Origin: Raillietiella orientalis
Taxonomy: Eukaryota
Reading direction: 5' to 3'
Assembly (NCBI GenBank): GCA_036172245.1
Contig: JAYWIR010000081.1
Coordinates: forward strand, 1-64,000
Length of the DNA: 64,000 bases
Part shown: positions 22,655 to 37,220 of the stretch, piece after piece
Position numbering within the stretch: position 1 is the first letter of the stretch
Layout: each line of letters starts with the position of its first letter
Program-made: the position numbers and the translations under genes
The notes under the pieces: model-generated
What the model was told of the DNA's origin: nothing
Databases searched by the model: none
What the model saw: only the letters and a program-made list of their open reading frames with translations

Positions 22655-25600
22655 AGGAAAATAACTATTTTACTAACCTCAAAATATTAACCATTTACTA
22701 CTGCATGATGAAAATACACAAACATCTTGCCTTGCACTGAATTTTGCATGAATTTCTTGTCACCACGTTCTACCTAATTTTCCAAATACATATTTCGAAT
22801 ATAATGTAGTAACACGTGATTCCTTTAAAAACAAAGGCTAAAAAACTGCCACATGACAAAAAAACCAAATAAAATCTAGAATCTGAAGTAACAGCCAGTT
22901 ACTTGAACAGCAAGATTTCAATTCGCACTAGTTTCACGGGAAAATTCCGCGATTTGCAATAGCAACCGAAAGATGTGCCAACATGCCAGTTAGCCATAGA
23001 TACACTGAACGATGTCATCCATATCATTCACACATACTTTCCAACCCTGGGTGCGAGCCCAACCTTGGATGGACATACCGAAGCAATTAGCACCTTCAAA
23101 CATGCCCACCCCTTATATGGGCTCTTTTCATATTAGGATACAATCAGGGCGTCATGAAAAGCATTGCCAATTCCAAGATCTTAAAATGTACAGATGATTT
23201 CGTGATTATAACCAGAAATCCAAACGATCTGCTATCGGCCTCAGAACTGACTGGGGCACTCACAAAATGAATTATTGTACTGCCAAACACAAATTAGTGT
23301 AACTAACTTTACTGCCAAGCGAAAACACCGACATCTCTAGGGATGACTTTCTTCTCCATTTTCAAGAGCCTGAAGTGTTCCATTCGACTACCACACCATG
23401 CATAATTTTGCCGTGCACACAGTACACTGCAATACGATGCGTGGTACACATTACACGTGAATCATGTGCATGATGTTTTCAGATCTCGTGATGCGGTTTT
23501 TCAATGATAGAACTTATATTGAAGAGATGCATACATGCAGATACATTTGCATAGTGAGTTCACAAGATGACATGTTGGCAACCACCTAAAACATCCGAGT
23601 CCTCACAAGCTTAGATTGCACCTACGATTTGAAAAAGTCAACTCTACTCTCAGCATGCAACGAAATTACTAACAGCTTACACGTTAGACAACACTACTGC
23701 ATCAACTGCAACCCTACTGTCAGTCTCGACAGACTTGGCCATCCAGACTTCCCTCTGGCTGAATGTACATTACAAAACAGTACAGCAACATGCACAAGCA
23801 TCTCATGCACATCTCATCAGCACAGCAGGCCCTGCTGTAACAAAGCATGGCATGAACAAAAACGTTCCAATCCTAAACACTTTCACAGCAGTGCAAGTCC
23901 AACAGCTCCACAAACTTTCTTACTTGAATTCACATCTCCAGGTCTCACTGAATCACCTCATTACAAGCAGAACATCCACACATTTTTTTGCCATCCATAA
24001 GCTCTCCTGTCAACAACCACCATCACAGTAAACGTGCAAAGTGGAACAGGACCAAGATGCAGTTCTCAAAACTCTAGTAGGTCGCCCTTCCATTGCTTCT
24101 TGACGACGTTCTCGATTTCTGATGACTGAAGAAAAACAACAACGACATTGCAAGCGAGTGCTTCCGTTCAACTTTTTTCTTTGTTCTGCATCACTGCAAA
24201 AGAAATCACAAGCATTCCAGCACCTTTCCTTTTCCCGATTCTCACAGCAATTTTCAAAGAAGCAAAACTTAATTCCTTTACCGTAAAGTGCTCACTGCTA
24301 ACGGCACCTTCCTTTTCCCATTGATCACATACTTCACAAATGCCTACATGCCTTGCCACCTCACCATTCCACCATCCACACTTTAAGCCACAGCATTTCT
24401 TCCCGCGTTCCAAACCGAAACTGAACCGTGCAGCGCCACACCCACTTCAACCAGAAAGCGCAGCCGCCCCTTTCCCTCTTCCCGCTCTTTAGCCTCTTCC
24501 CGTGCGCTTCAAGATGTGCATTTCGAGTTGGAACAGACAGCGCGAAGTTCGATCTCTCCAAATCTTTTGGCAACAACAGCTTCCCTTCAAATTGCAACTT
24601 TCCACTCTTCACCACTGTTCAATGATCCTTTCGCAATGATTTCCTTACGTCTTCTCCATTGAAGACATTCCTCGGTTCTTCCACCCATGTTAGTGTTCTT
24701 GTGCAATCTGAGGTCTCCTCCGAATGCACAAGAGGCTTCTCACATTCTCCTATCGTCACTTTTACGATTTGTTTGGGAAGTGTTTCATCAGCGGGCGCAC
24801 GTTTTCAACAAGCACTGCACATGTACACGAAAATGAATCGAGTTTCAGATTCTCTTATACACAGAAAAGCTGCTTTGCATCGTAAGCACGAAACCAAACC
24901 ACGCATGGAAAGGGAGAACCCTTTCCATGCTTGGCTTTTCAAGATTGAAAATTCGCCAGGGCCTGCAGGGAGATTCTTTCACGGAGCTTCCAAGGATATG
25001 AATTTCAATTCAGAACGGTGGTGGAGACAGAACAGCAATCGGGCACGTCGGAACGAATATCTCACTTGTCCTGATGGAAACAACACCAGGAATGAGTTTG
25101 AAACAAGTTTGTGTTTGATTAAATTAGGCATGAATTCTACGGATATAAGAATGAAGGAAGGAATCTTTGCATAAATTGATCATTCATTGGAACTGCCTAT
25201 GTTGCCTCCAGGACATCAGCCTTCCTGACTTGATGAGAGAACGAAGGGAAGTGCCAAGCTGAAATGCGCCAGATGCTGGTAATTTTTCGTTAGACTGCAA
25301 CTGTTTCTCTTTCCATGAAATCGAGAAAACTGGTCAAGAAAATAGCGTTCCTGTAACAACCACTCCTTCTCCTCATCACACAAATTTTTTCGAGAGTGAT
25401 GGCTTTGCGAATTATTGTTGGTTTCTCACCGCTGACAGTATTTTGCTTCCTAAATGCTGTGCAGCTCCTTTCATGCAAGAAATTCATATTCTTAATTTTG
25501 CAAATCCCATCGGAAAGATGCTCACCATGTGCAAGAGCATTGGTTTCTTCAGAAAATTGGATGGATAACCCTTTGATGGATGCTGCCCTTTCTTTATCAA

Positions 25601-26795
25601 AACTTGGAAAAGCCTTCTTAATGAATTCGGAGTTCACCATCTCATCTGCTCTTCAAATCGCCTCGATTGGCCATTGCAAGCACCAGGATTCGTGCTTCCA
25701 CCTTTCTTAGGTGTAAATGAATTTCAATTAAAACTTGCATCACAAGTTGGTTTCTTGGAATACGTGTTTTCCGGAGCTTTCAGTAAACCTGCATTTTTTT
25801 CCCCTAATTTCTCCCCAGAGTTACGTGAATGAAAGAGGATGCATACGCCTTTCGTTTTCTGATTTCAGATTTTCAATTGTATGATGTTCAGTGTAAGAAG
25901 TCAGCTCGAGTGAAGAAGCTTCGTGCAGCTCATCAGATTCCACCGAAATCGAGGAAACGTGCCGTCCGACACACAAGTGAGTACCTTTTTGAAAACCTAA
26001 TTATTAAATAGTCTCGTAATTTTGAACATCTGTTTCAAAGCCATCTTCAAAATCCGAACCCATGCATTCAACATATTTGCTATTCGAGCTGATTTTTGTG
26101 TGCATTTTTGTGGAATCGTCATCTTTAGATTCCTAAAGGAGGATTTTCCTTTCGATCCAAAAACTTTCCTTGTATCCATGCAGGGCAACCGCTGCTGCAG
26201 GTTATTGAGCAACTGTTTTCTTACAAAGTTCGGTTTTATCATCCTTTAGAATTTTGCAGTTGAGGCATTGAGAAACTGTGCTGAAATTCCATACCAAAGG
26301 TGAATGCTGCAGTTCTGCATTCCTGCCGTTCAGCTAAACCATTTGAATGCTATTTTGGCACAATGCTTTTTTCCGACGCCAACTTACTTGCCTTTTGCCT
26401 TTCGAATGCACTGAGAATTAGCACGTCTTTGCTGTCCTGAGAATGTTGATGACCTATCCTAAACGAAACAGTTGCATTTACTGTCCACTCTTCCAAATTC
26501 TAGGCAGCTGCGACGTTTGCAATGGAGAAGTGCTCTTGGGTGCACTCGCTTAATTGCTTGCCAAGTGTGCTGGCAGATTATGATGTTTCCCACTTTTAGG
26601 AATTCGGAAATGGGGATTGTCTGCAATTTTCAGCTGCATAGGAGGAATCCAGTTGTAGCAATCGAGCAATCTTTGGTGCTTCAAAGCAGGAGTTGAGGGT
26701 TCCCTGGGAACATGTACATGTTTGCTGTCTAGCTGTGTTCGATCATATGCTGCCCCCTTAGTCAGTTTCTCACATTTGGCGTTCCCTCAACCTAA
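22655..26795 (+). repeat. Unclassified interspersed repeat, copy 1 (inverted copy at 55530-61902)
   Basis: Colinear inverted blocks: 22655-22900/61660-61902, 22900-23350/60620-61060, 23600-24780/59480-60450, 24790-25280/58470-58915, 25290-25480/56940-57130, 25870-26795/55530-56480. Paired ORFs include 24361-24615 with 59630-60118 and 26472-26696 with 55641-55865. Confidence 0.85.
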
Positions 26796-27724
26796 ATGTG
26801 GTGAGCGGGTCTCGGATGAAGCACTTCAAGGGAAGGCGTGACGACGAAGACTGCAAGGCATATATGTTTACATGCCGATCGATACGAGTCTTCATGTCTT
26901 GAGGTGTCCCACATTGCTCCGCGACTGACTGGCCCTGAAAAGCGTCATTGGGCTGACCACCACTTCAGTCATGAGAATTCAAGCAGGGATGTGCCATGAA
27001 AACGGAAGCGTTTTCTTCTACAATCCAATAACCCAACCACGCCGACCAAGAAGTATGTTTAGTACCAAACAATATGGATCTGAATGTCTCTACCAAACAA
27101 GAAATATATATATGTTAGTTGTCAGGGACCACATGAATCAATTGATATTTACAAATGATAGGATACTGAAAGTGATTGGTTACTTAGATAATTGCCAGGG
27201 TGAGAGTGAATCCACATCTGGATCTGTATTGATTACTACGAGTCTTGCAATATGTAAGAGTTGTTCTGTAAGTGTCATTTTCCATACATATACCAGAAAT
27301 TGCTGCTGCCATGCTGTCAACACTGGTGAGAGAAAGCACTGTGCCATAATCCAAAAGAGGTGATGCAACATGAAGTGTTAAATTTTTTTCCATTGCAGTG
27401 AAGGTAGCAAGACGTGCACCAACGTTTGGAGGCCACATATCACAAAAATGCCACCATATCTTTTAGCCAACTCCGTATGTTTTTCTCCTTCATTTCAAGT
27501 GTCACAAAAATATGAAACTGTGCATTAGTATTTTCGGTTTGACCAAAGACTGATTCCTGAATTTTGTGTGAACGCAAGGGACATATATCACTACTTCACT
27601 TACAGTTAATTTGTAGTACTCACTTGGTGAGTACAGAAAGTGTAACATCCAATTAATACAAAATCATGTGCAACATACGGCAATCTCTCTTTCTCCAAAG
27701 CATTCCTCACCGTTAGACAGATTA

Positions 27725-27845
27725 CGCCTAATCCCCAGTATTCCATCTCACCAATCCTTTGGCCACCAAAATGTGTTTTTCCATTAAGAAGCTATTGAGT
27801 AATCAAACTATAAGGGCGAGTAGACCTTGCGTGAATTTTATTCCA
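27725..27845 (-). pseudogene. rpoB: Bacterial RNA polymerase beta subunit fragment
   Basis: [34 protein letters not shown] versus the conserved KIHARS.GPYSLVTQQPLGGK..FGGQRFGEME.W. Confidence 0.9.
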
Positions 27846-28105
27846 AGTATGATTCCAAGACTTAATAGACTGTAGAATCGAAAGCTTTATACCCACAGCA
27901 TTGTTTGCATACGGTGATACGCAACATGCCGCTGCTCCCCATAAATCATTAGGAAAAATGTGACACTACCTCTTCACCAACCTTAATTACATCTCCAACA
28001 CGCATGCTCACCTATGATATGTGAATCTATCTTGATATTATAACGCTCAAGCCATGCAATAGCGTCTTTTGTTCTAGGAATTGGCATGTCCCTCCTCATC
28101 GCCTG

Positions 28106-28450
28106 TTATATTCTGAACATCATCATATTTTCCAAAATATCTATAAGCTTGATCATAGTTTTCAACTTGTCTTCACTAAGTGATATTTGCTCATTAGGCT
28201 TCCAAATTAACTTTGCAACAGATGCTGTTCTCAGTCCAGATTCTAACCTCTCTTTTGTACTATGAAAACCTGTATGGTCACAAAAAATCCCACACCCAAT
28301 TTCATACAATGTACAACCCAAGGCTCGAGCATCATGTGCGATCTGCAGCATTCTGTCTTGCACAGCTTTTGAAGCAAAGTTATACTATTTTTGTTCTCAC
28401 AAAAATTAATGAACTTTGTGCCAACACAGAGACATCTCTGGAATTATTTG
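28106..28450 (-). pseudogene. yebC: YebC/PmpR family regulator, C-terminal fragment
   Basis: AKLIWKPNEQISLSEDKLKTMIKLIDILEN. Confidence 0.75.
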
Positions 28451-29631
28451 GCATATTTTCTGCTGACAATACACATTCTTCTGCAGCCACCAGATCACCA
28501 TTGTAAACATAAATATCTGCTAATTCTTGATTTGGCCTAAGAACTTGCTTTTTTACAGCTGCTCTGTAATTTTGCCAGCTCATCAGATGCTTCGTACCTA
28601 TTAAGACTCGATTCAATTATATGCAAAAGATCAGACTTTGCACCGAGCTCGGGTCTTTCACGCAACTCCTCAAACTTCAACACAGTAAATCGATTATCAA
28701 ATTCAATCGTATTGCTCCCACGGATAGCTATTGTATTTTTCTTTGTTGTTTCTCCTTGCTGGCTCAATGCCTAGTGATACCTGTGATCAAACTTGCTTTC
28801 TGTTTCAGATGAATTCTTTGAATGCCATGTTTTTCGAATGTATTTAGCAATATTCTGTGTCATCAACACACCATTACCAAGGCTGTGCGTTTCTGGTGTA
28901 ATTTCAGCGTTATCTGAGATGTTTTCCTCTGCTCTACACAAGTTTTCTAGAATCCGAACTAGTTCTTTTGAAAAATTTGCAATAGCATGCTTTTTGGCAG
29001 CATCGAGCTAACGTAGAAGATTGCAAAGTGTTACATCATTATATTGAAATGCCTGAAAATTGGTTTGGATGTCTCGGAGTGATACTGGCAACTTTGAATT
29101 CATCAGTAGATTGAATGTTGCTGTTGCAAATATACAAGGTAGCTTAGCAGAGTTAATCGCTCAAATGAACAGTGACATCACAAATGTGAAGGTAAAATCC
29201 AGATTACAAAACTTCTTCACAAAGCAGCCGGAAAAGCATATACCTCTTTGGTGAGAGAATTTATAGTGAAGGCTTTATAAGAGCAAAGATGATCTGTATG
29301 CTAAATGCTTTGTACTCAGAACCAGGTGAGCTTGAAGTTGATATAATTTTAATTAATTAAAGAGTCAGTTGCAAACATGCTTTACAATGACATAAAAATG
29401 TTGTGCAATACCAGAGTACAGCACAGACTGGAATAAAGATGATTGTGATGCGTTTTATGAGCAACTTCTTGCAAATTCAGAAAAATGCAGGAAGTCTTGA
29501 AATCATAGCAAATGATGGGATTCATTTTGGATCTGGTGTGCAGGTTGAGATTGCCAACTAGACTCAATAAAATTTGCTGCATGCGCATATTTTATTCTAA
29601 AAAAGTATCATCAGTGTCAGGGTTTCACAGA

Positions 29632-29745
29632 ATGGCTATAGCTGTTTTGATGCCAGCTCTTTCTCCTACAACGAGTAAAGGAAATGTTGCAAAATGGATC
29701 AAAGAAGAAAGTGATTTGTTAGAACCAGGACAGATGATCCAAGAC
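29632..29745 (+). pseudogene. pdhC: Pyruvate dehydrogenase lipoyl-domain N-terminus, alphaproteobacterial type
   Basis: MAIAVLMPALSPTTSKGNVAKWIKEESD. Confidence 0.75.
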
Positions 29746-29989
29746 AAAGATATTGGAGGCTATTCTGGAGTCAACTTCAATCTTCGATATGCCAGGAACA
29801 GGTCTAATAAGTCAGCTATGTACTATAGAAAAGGTTTTATTTAGGTTTCCTGATTATTTTCCTGACATCACTTCAAAATTCGAAGCTATCAGAATTGATC
29901 TGCAAGAGGTTAACCACACAGTTGAGCGCAAAAGATCAGAACTCATTATTAATGAAGATCTTCATTTGCGTATGCTTCAATTACTACAT

Positions 29990-30190
29990 ATCTAAAAAGA
30001 TCAACTATCTCTGCTATCCTGGATTGGTCTTGGAAGAATTTTCTAATTTCTGCAGTAGTAATTGGTCCAAGTCCATTAATGTTTATCAAACCTTCCTCAT
30101 CTGAAGTTTTCACAGCAGAAAAAAAAGTTGTCAACGTCACCGTAGTGAGTGGAGAGTAACTTTGCAGCTGATTTTCCAACACTTCCAATG
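29990..30190 (-). pseudogene. ligA: NAD-dependent DNA ligase HhH fragment
   Basis: EGLININGLGPITTAEIRKFFQD. Confidence 0.55.
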
Positions 30191-31689
30191 ACAAGTGAGT
30201 ATATAAAGTTCCCTAGAGAAATGTTTCTTGACTTCTGATTCATCCTTGATCATCCACCTATCCTGAATAGCCGACCTAGATTTATTGATAGATAAAAGTG
30301 AATGGATCACTATGTGAAACCACGCAGTTTGAAGAGAAATAAGATTTGCACCAAGATCTTCATACAGCGTAATGAATATACACGAATCACGTTTCTCAGG
30401 ATGTCAAGCATCCAATTCCTTATCGAAAAATAATTTGTATTGCAAGCAGGAGCAAACCTTAGCGAATTACGCTTGCTGCGGTTTCAGGGGAGCTTATGTG
30501 GATTATATTGCCTGCATATCTATTTTCTAAAAGACTAGAAATAGAATCTACTTTGCGCGTAAGAACCATTTTTGCTATTTCTGCATTACTAATTGCTCGC
30601 TTTTCTAATAAAAGCTTCTTAAAGAGAGCACTTAATACGAGTCTTGCAGTCTCATTCCATATTTTATGATTCTGGATGATCTGGAATCAAGCTATTGTCT
30701 TAATGTGGGCTAAGTAGTCTCTTTCACTAAGGAGTCCCCGGTTCTCAGCTCGCATGTCAAACAGATGTCAAACATGTCAATATAATTCGAGAATCAAGGC
30801 ATTATCTTGTAAAAACTCTCTACCACTCTTTGGATAGTTCAATGCATTCCATATAAGTCCTATACCTGAAGAGCCAGGCAGAGCCTTCTTTAAAAGCTCC
30901 TGAAACTGCTATAAACTTTGTATGCGCCAAGATTATCCAAGTTTCGTGCAATCTCCCCTGAAAGCTTATGTCGCTTGAATACGGCAGCTTTGGAATCTCC
31001 AGAAATAGCAGTTTGTACCTCAGAGCTTATAGCATTCCTCTGCTCAAAGTATGTTCTTATGTATGTATCGGCTTCAGCTTCAACTCTATTTGGGAATAAT
31101 CAGCGCATAATAGGGTGCATCCCTCTTTAGCTATGAATGCTTCTCTGATGCTTGCACCATCTTTAGTTTTTATTAAGATATTTCCTGTTTTGAAGAGAAT
31201 CGGCCAGTTGCCCTTACGGTCAGTTCAAACGTTGCATGTAGGCTTTTAGCAATAGGGTTGATTGAGTTCAATGTTGCTTTCCCTACACTTCTTGGCCCTT
31301 AAAATAAAAGCGCGTGCGGCAACCTATCTGAAAGTACAGAATCTAAAAAAGAACTTGGAGATTTTATCATGTCCATACAGATCATTATTTTTCATAGGGT
31401 CTCACGCAAATCATCTCCAACTGAATGTATGGAGTTTCGCGGCTCTATTGAACATGGAATTGGCATCGAATTCATATCAACAACATGTCACGAGACGGAC
31501 CGATCTCTAGCGTTTTCAAGCCACTTTCCAAACAAGCCATCTTCAAAATGCTCTGGAATCCAGTTCATCTTCTGATTATTTGCGATCATTTGTTCTTGAA
31601 GCGCTGTAGCCTTTACATACCAAGAATGAACCCTCTCGAAATCAATGGAGACCACGGAACGAACTTACGTTCGTTTGCTCAGAGGGCAT

Positions 31690-31950
31690 ATAAGACCTGC
31701 AAAAGCAATATTCCCAGAAGGTACGAACTAGAGGAAGCCAGCTAGTTGCTTTAGCACGCTTTGATGTTTGGCAGTATGGATGCAGTGATAGACATGGGCA
31801 CTGGGCATGGAGCAGGGCATTTCCTATCGGTACATGGAGGCCCGCAGAGCATAGGATATGGCAGAAAGGTTGTCCCGCTTCGGGCTTGCATGGTGCTGTC
31901 AAATGAAAGGATAGGATTTCATATGGATGGAGAATATGGTATCGAAGGTT
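31690..31950 (+). pseudogene. pepP: Xaa-Pro aminopeptidase fragment
   Basis: GTGHGAGHFLSVHGGPQSI..VPLRACMVLSNE..GFHMDGEYGI. Confidence 0.85.
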
Positions 31951-32569
31951 TGTAGGATATTTAGCGTAAGTTCTGCAACTTTACTGTCTTCGTACATGAA
32001 GGGTTTTCTTCTATGTGTGTATTGCTTGAGATTGCTCCATCTATTTCTTGCTAGAAAGCCTAGGTGCGTTGTAGGTTTTGGTGAAAAGATAATTGCATAC
32101 TTTTGCAAGAGTTTAGCTGTGTCTTTTCCAGATACTGTTGGGTTGCCAAGCACTGTATTAAATAATGGCTTTCTTTTCATCCAGTAAAATCTCTGATGGT
32201 TAAACGTCAGGTCAGCACGGTCAGTACTGATGCCTTGTAAATAACGATGGCCATAGGATGGATAAGCAAATGCTTTCGGTTCCAGGCAAACGAATTCTGG
32301 TTTTGGATAATGCACGTTATGTTTTGGCAAGTGCCGTAACTTCCTGCAGTCCCTTTTGTACCAACTCGTCTTCAATGTGTAAAATAACTAAGTCGAAAGA
32401 CACTTGCCTTGTTGCTTGCTCTCGGCCTCGTCTTCTTTCGGTATTACCGCTCGTCTGACGTTCCGTGGTCTATAGCTCATTTGTTTCATCTTGGATACCA
32501 ATCCTCTTAGATTACAGCATCAGATTTTATTAAAAATGCGTCAAGCGAATTGATTAGGAATAATGTTCT

Positions 32570-32790
32570 AGGAGCACTTTCCATAGATGTTCATGGGAGT
32601 AGAAGTTCAACAGTCAAATGTTCTTTGGAATCTATTGCTTCATTTGATTTTGTGGAGCTTTGTAAGATGCCGCTGGGAGTTTATGATTATATTGCTATCT
32701 CTGATGTTTTTGATGTCATTATTATAGAAAATATGCCTAAAATGTGTGAAGAGAATCATAATGAAGCTTTGAGGTTTATTACTCAGCAAA
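32570..32790 (+). pseudogene. zapE: ZapE/AFG1 ATPase fragment
   Basis: FDFVELCKMPLGVYDYIAISDVFDVIIIENMPKM..NEALRFIT. Confidence 0.85.
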
Positions 32791-33839
32791 AAAGAGATTC
32801 ATCTGCACAGCAGACGCCAGTATAAATGATTTATACTCTGGGAAGAAGCATAAAAGCCTTAGTAGTAATGAGAGGACTTGAATCGCAATATCCGAATTTA
32901 TTATGTGCGGAAGAGTCCAGGCCTGGAACTACCGTCATATCCTGAGAAGGATTGAAGGCAGCATCCAGGCACAAACGACGCCCAGTTGAGCAGGTGCAGT
33001 GAAAATCTTCTTCGGACCCAAAGAAGCAGACTTCAAGCTAACATTAGTTAATTCTGAAACTCTTGTTTTGCATACAATATACGTGAAAACTTTGTTACTT
33101 TCAATTCTAAAAAGAGCAGTTCACCGATCACATTTATATTCTCATAATGATTCATCACAATGTCAAGCTCATTGCGAAACTCTTCGCCATTCTTTATCTT
33201 CTCAATCGCGTGAAATTCCTTTATTCGCAGCTCTTACTGTCAGCATTTGGTTTGATCTTGATATCAATTCCTTTTCTATGGAAGTTGAGGAGTTTAAATT
33301 TCTAACTATAGATATCATTTGATCCAGATTACTTGCCAACTTATTATGAAATAACTTGATTATATTCTCGACAAGCTGACTTTCCAGTACTTGCAGGGAT
33401 TCACCAAGTCTTCCAGAAAATTCATCGAATGCAACTCGCTCTTGTGCCTTGTCAATGTCACGCTGCCTTACTAATCCTCCAGGATGATGCAGCACACGAA
33501 CGCTTCCTTCATTGGAGGCCATCTGTTATTTCTCAATAAATATATAGGAAGGATCAGAATTCTAGAGATTCTGGCATCTCAACAAAAGCCTCATTGAGAA
33601 AAGAAGATTTTTCCCTGGAGTGTTAATGCAGCACAGCAGTTGGAAAAAGCAGTATGTATTCCCTCCTTAATGTAATATGGGAATCCATGTTCTGTTTGGC
33701 TTTCACATCCTAGTTTTCGTAGGCCAGACCGGCTAGTGAATGTGCCGTCCATGACAAATGCTCCAACATTACGCCAATCTACTTCTAATTTGAAGCTCAC
33801 CAGATTTTATCCAACAAAAAGATGTAAATGGAACGTATG

Positions 33840-34100
33840 TGCCGCACTACTTGACAATGAACACACATTGCTTTTGCGCCCGTTTCTCAGCTAAATTCTC
33901 AGCATCGGCCCCGCAAGAGGCACCAAGAAGCTCTCCCCACCCTTCAAGTCCCATGCAGCAGTGCGTGTATTCCAGCACCCGGTCTTTGCAAGACCCTGCT
34001 CTACCACTAAATACATCATTTGGATCTTTGTCAACTTTGATGTCTTTCACCTCTTTCACAGCATTTAGCAGTGCAACTGCTTTGCCAATGTCTATATAAA
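33840..34100 (-). pseudogene. traN: F-type conjugation protein TraN fragment
   Basis: Cys-rich VFSGRAGSC..HCCMGLEGWGELLGASC...LAEKRAQKQCV. Confidence 0.75.
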
Positions 34101-34379
34101 TTTTCTTGATAAGCTTTATTAGATAAACTCCCAGTCTCTTACGATTATATCATCAGATTTTTTGGAGAACTCAGCTGTTATCTTTAAGCCTTCCATCCAC
34201 TCTCAACATGGAGCTGACTAAATGCTTATAGACTTGAATACTACCCAACAACTTTAATTTCTATATAAAAAACTCCAAAATACTCAAATTTCATGGAATA
34301 CTAGCAATAAGCACATGTGCGATGGCATCACGAGGTGCACATATTTTCTATAGCATAGCAGCAGAAAAGGTCACGTGAT

Positions 34380-34670
34380 ATAGAATTAACAGCTCCAATG
34401 GTGAGAGCCGCAATATCGAATAACTCATTGCAACATCTGCCACTGAAATTGTTCTCAGTAGGCGCACTCTTCAGACATGAAAGGCCTCAGAAAGCAGGAA
34501 ATAGACAGTTTAATAAAGTCAGCTATGAATTTTTTGCTTCAGATTCTGTAGATTTGGGCGTTGAGACAATAGCTATGGCAGATTCTATAATCGAAGCACT
34601 TGGAATTCGTAACCCAACAGAGCTAAACATCAATTCTATGGGAGATATACAATCCAGAAAATGGTATGAA
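34380..34670 (+). pseudogene. hisS: Histidyl-tRNA synthetase fragment
   Basis: LPLKLFSVGALFRHERPQKAGNRQF...LNINSMGD..SR. Confidence 0.9.
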
Positions 34671-35689
34671 ATCCCCAAGTGCACCAAATCCATGTTCCCA
34701 CTCTTAAAAAATTGCTACCACAAGAAGTGACAGCACTACCAAGAGGTCAAGAAATCCTATCAATAGAGTCAAGTGGTCCGATGAAATCTAAGAAGATAAA
34801 ATACTGTGAGGAATCAACTTTAAAGAAACGACTTTCGAATCCTACGGAGATTCCGCAACAGCAGCAGCCATGTGACCCACAGTTGGTTTTATCAATGCCA
34901 TGGAAACCACTAGCTCTGCTGCCATCTAATCGGTGGAAGCATTTGCTAGGCGGCTCCTTACTGAAATAATGCATTAGGCAATTTCTTCTGCGTAGTCTTT
35001 TCAGATAGCCAAACTTTTCTTTATGATTCCGTACCCACTGACCCTGGAGTTTCTGAAGTCCTCATGATATTCCATGACAAAGGTTAGAATTACCCACGGA
35101 CCTTCGCTCCACTCTATCATAGCTTGCATGCCCTGATCCCACCTTTCTACATTTGTTCAGCTTCCTCGCTTTTCTGCCAATATTCTGAAATCTCCTTTCT
35201 TGAGAGGTATGGAGATGTTCCGTGTCCTCATACGAACTTTCTATACTTTTTCAGCCTTGCAAATTTTGCCAGATAGTGAACAAAAGTGTATGCCTGGCTA
35301 TTTTGTGAAATGATGGAGTAATAAATAGCACGAGGTAACGCGTTTGTCTGACAAACTAATAGTGGAACCTGTAGAATTCCTCTTCACCTCCAAATTCTAA
35401 GGATATGCTATGGATTTCTTACTAGAGATATACTGCTGCATTGAAAATTTTTGCAAGCCATATGGAGACGTATTCGTTTATCAATAAATCCTCGTAATAG
35501 AGACGATCGAGCACTTATGCAGAATCTTGCACGTGATCTGAAAGGATGGCTGTTTGGAGCTCGCAAGATGTGATGGGCAAGGACACGGCGGAAGAGAAAT
35601 TTCCGCCACTCCTATCGCTGCATAGGGCAATAGGATTGAACCTTAGCCATCTATCCATTATGAATGGATAAAATCACATCTGTTTGCAT

Positions 35690-35990
35690 TGATGTTGTTT
35701 GTGTGTTATTTAACGGGGAGGATGTATGGGGTATTAATAGGTGGTTGAGCTAGTAATAGTAAATATAGATATGTTGGTATTGGGCGTTCATAGCTCGAAT
35801 GATTTCTTAGGAAGTATGTATGCTTGTTGTATTAATGAGCGTAGTAGTATATATAGGAGGTCACGGGTTAAGGTTGGAGGTGGGAAGGTGGTTCATGTTT
35901 TGTGGGTTAGGTGGATTCTTTGTATGAGTTATTGTGTGTTTGGTGGAGGTTAATCGTTTGCCATGTGGTTTTTTGGACAGTGAGTCTGAG
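35690..35990 (-). other. Mitochondrial-like fragment, possibly atp8/atp6 region
   Basis: Same strong G+T skew as the NUMT at 37220-40420. No diagnostic motif was recognised. Confidence 0.35.
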
Positions 35991-36004
35991 TTGGTATCTG
36001 GTTA

Positions 36005-37200
36005 CAATGTAAGCCGGGGCTTTTATTATTGAAAATTTTTACAATTATGAATTTTAAAATGAAGTCCTGTTGTCTGTTCTTGGGTTCCAGTCAGAAAACA
36101 TTGTTCTTATTGTCTTATGCACTTCTGCTTTCCGACTTGCATGCCGGTAAGTTCCTCTCCACTGGCGAAGGGAACGGGAAAAAGAGAAGAAAAAAACCAA
36201 AACAAAAAATAGTAGAACGTTGGAGACAGTGTTTATGGGGAGGGGAGGAAAGGGAAGGGATCACGGTACGCCGAGGGGAAGCCTCTGCTTCTTTTTCTGG
36301 ATGCGGAAAAGTGCTGTCAGAATTCTTCTCAGCCGGCGCCAACGGGAAGCCTTCTCCATGGAGATGACCGCCCAGTGGATGACATTCCGACTGCTGCGGC
36401 CTCTTCTTGACGCGTTCCGCTTGTCCAATATTCCCCGTATGCATCAGAGAAATGCAACACACGCGGCACCTGTTCCGCATCAAGAGGCCACGAAAAATAT
36501 TTTTAGGGTCGCCCAGCGGTACGTTTAGGGCCGACGAGAGTCGATCCCAAATGAGGCGGAGGTCAACACACTCGATTAGTAAGTGAAGGAAGGTCTCCCT
36601 TTCCCCGCACTCTGCACAATGGGCATTCAATCTCTCCAATGTCCAGTGAGATAGGCGTGCTCTGCTCAAAAGTTCCCAATGGAGCACAAGCAGCGCCGTC
36701 TCCTGCCAATCCAAAGGGAGGGTGCCACTGTCCCATTACGCCGGGGACCACTTCACCTCCTCCGGAGGCACGCCGAGCAGCTCGTCCCAGCGCACAATTC
36801 CATTTGGCGGGACACTCGGGGTTGCAGCGTCCGCTAGTTCCCGGGACGTCCACGCCTTCATTAGTTTTTTCCTGACCCCGATGAGGCAGGACACTTCGTA
36901 CGAAGCCTCCTCTTGGCTGTCCCTGGCTTCTGTGAGGGAGGGCAGCACGGGGGCAAGGGGGGTGAATGAGGCCCACAAAAGCTTTTGTGGGTTGGAAACG
37001 ATCTCCCGCAGGGGCTGGCCAGCGTTCCTGCCTCCACGAAGGCAGGAGAAGTCCACCTCGCTGGAGCCGTGGATTTTTGCCCACGCGAAAACGGACTCCT
37101 GGAGCCCGGTAGTCCAGTCCGCGGGGCTGCAGGAGATCCACGGGTTGCCCCTCACCAGGGCCACCAATTCCCGTAGCTGAAACCCACAGTGGTACAGTCG
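36005..37200 (-). mobile_element. 5'-truncated L1/Tx1-like LINE
   Basis: ORFs 36736-37167 and 36115-36714 (CAECGERETFLHLLIEC knuckle) are homologous to 13450-14396. The 3' end on the minus strand is aataaaagccccggc. Confidence 0.85.
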
Positions 37201-37220
37201 TGTCCGTTCCCGGGACGTCC

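Noticed and set aside
33202..33522. FliH-like flagellar fragment
   Set aside because: Only a generic helical resemblance, with no diagnostic motif.
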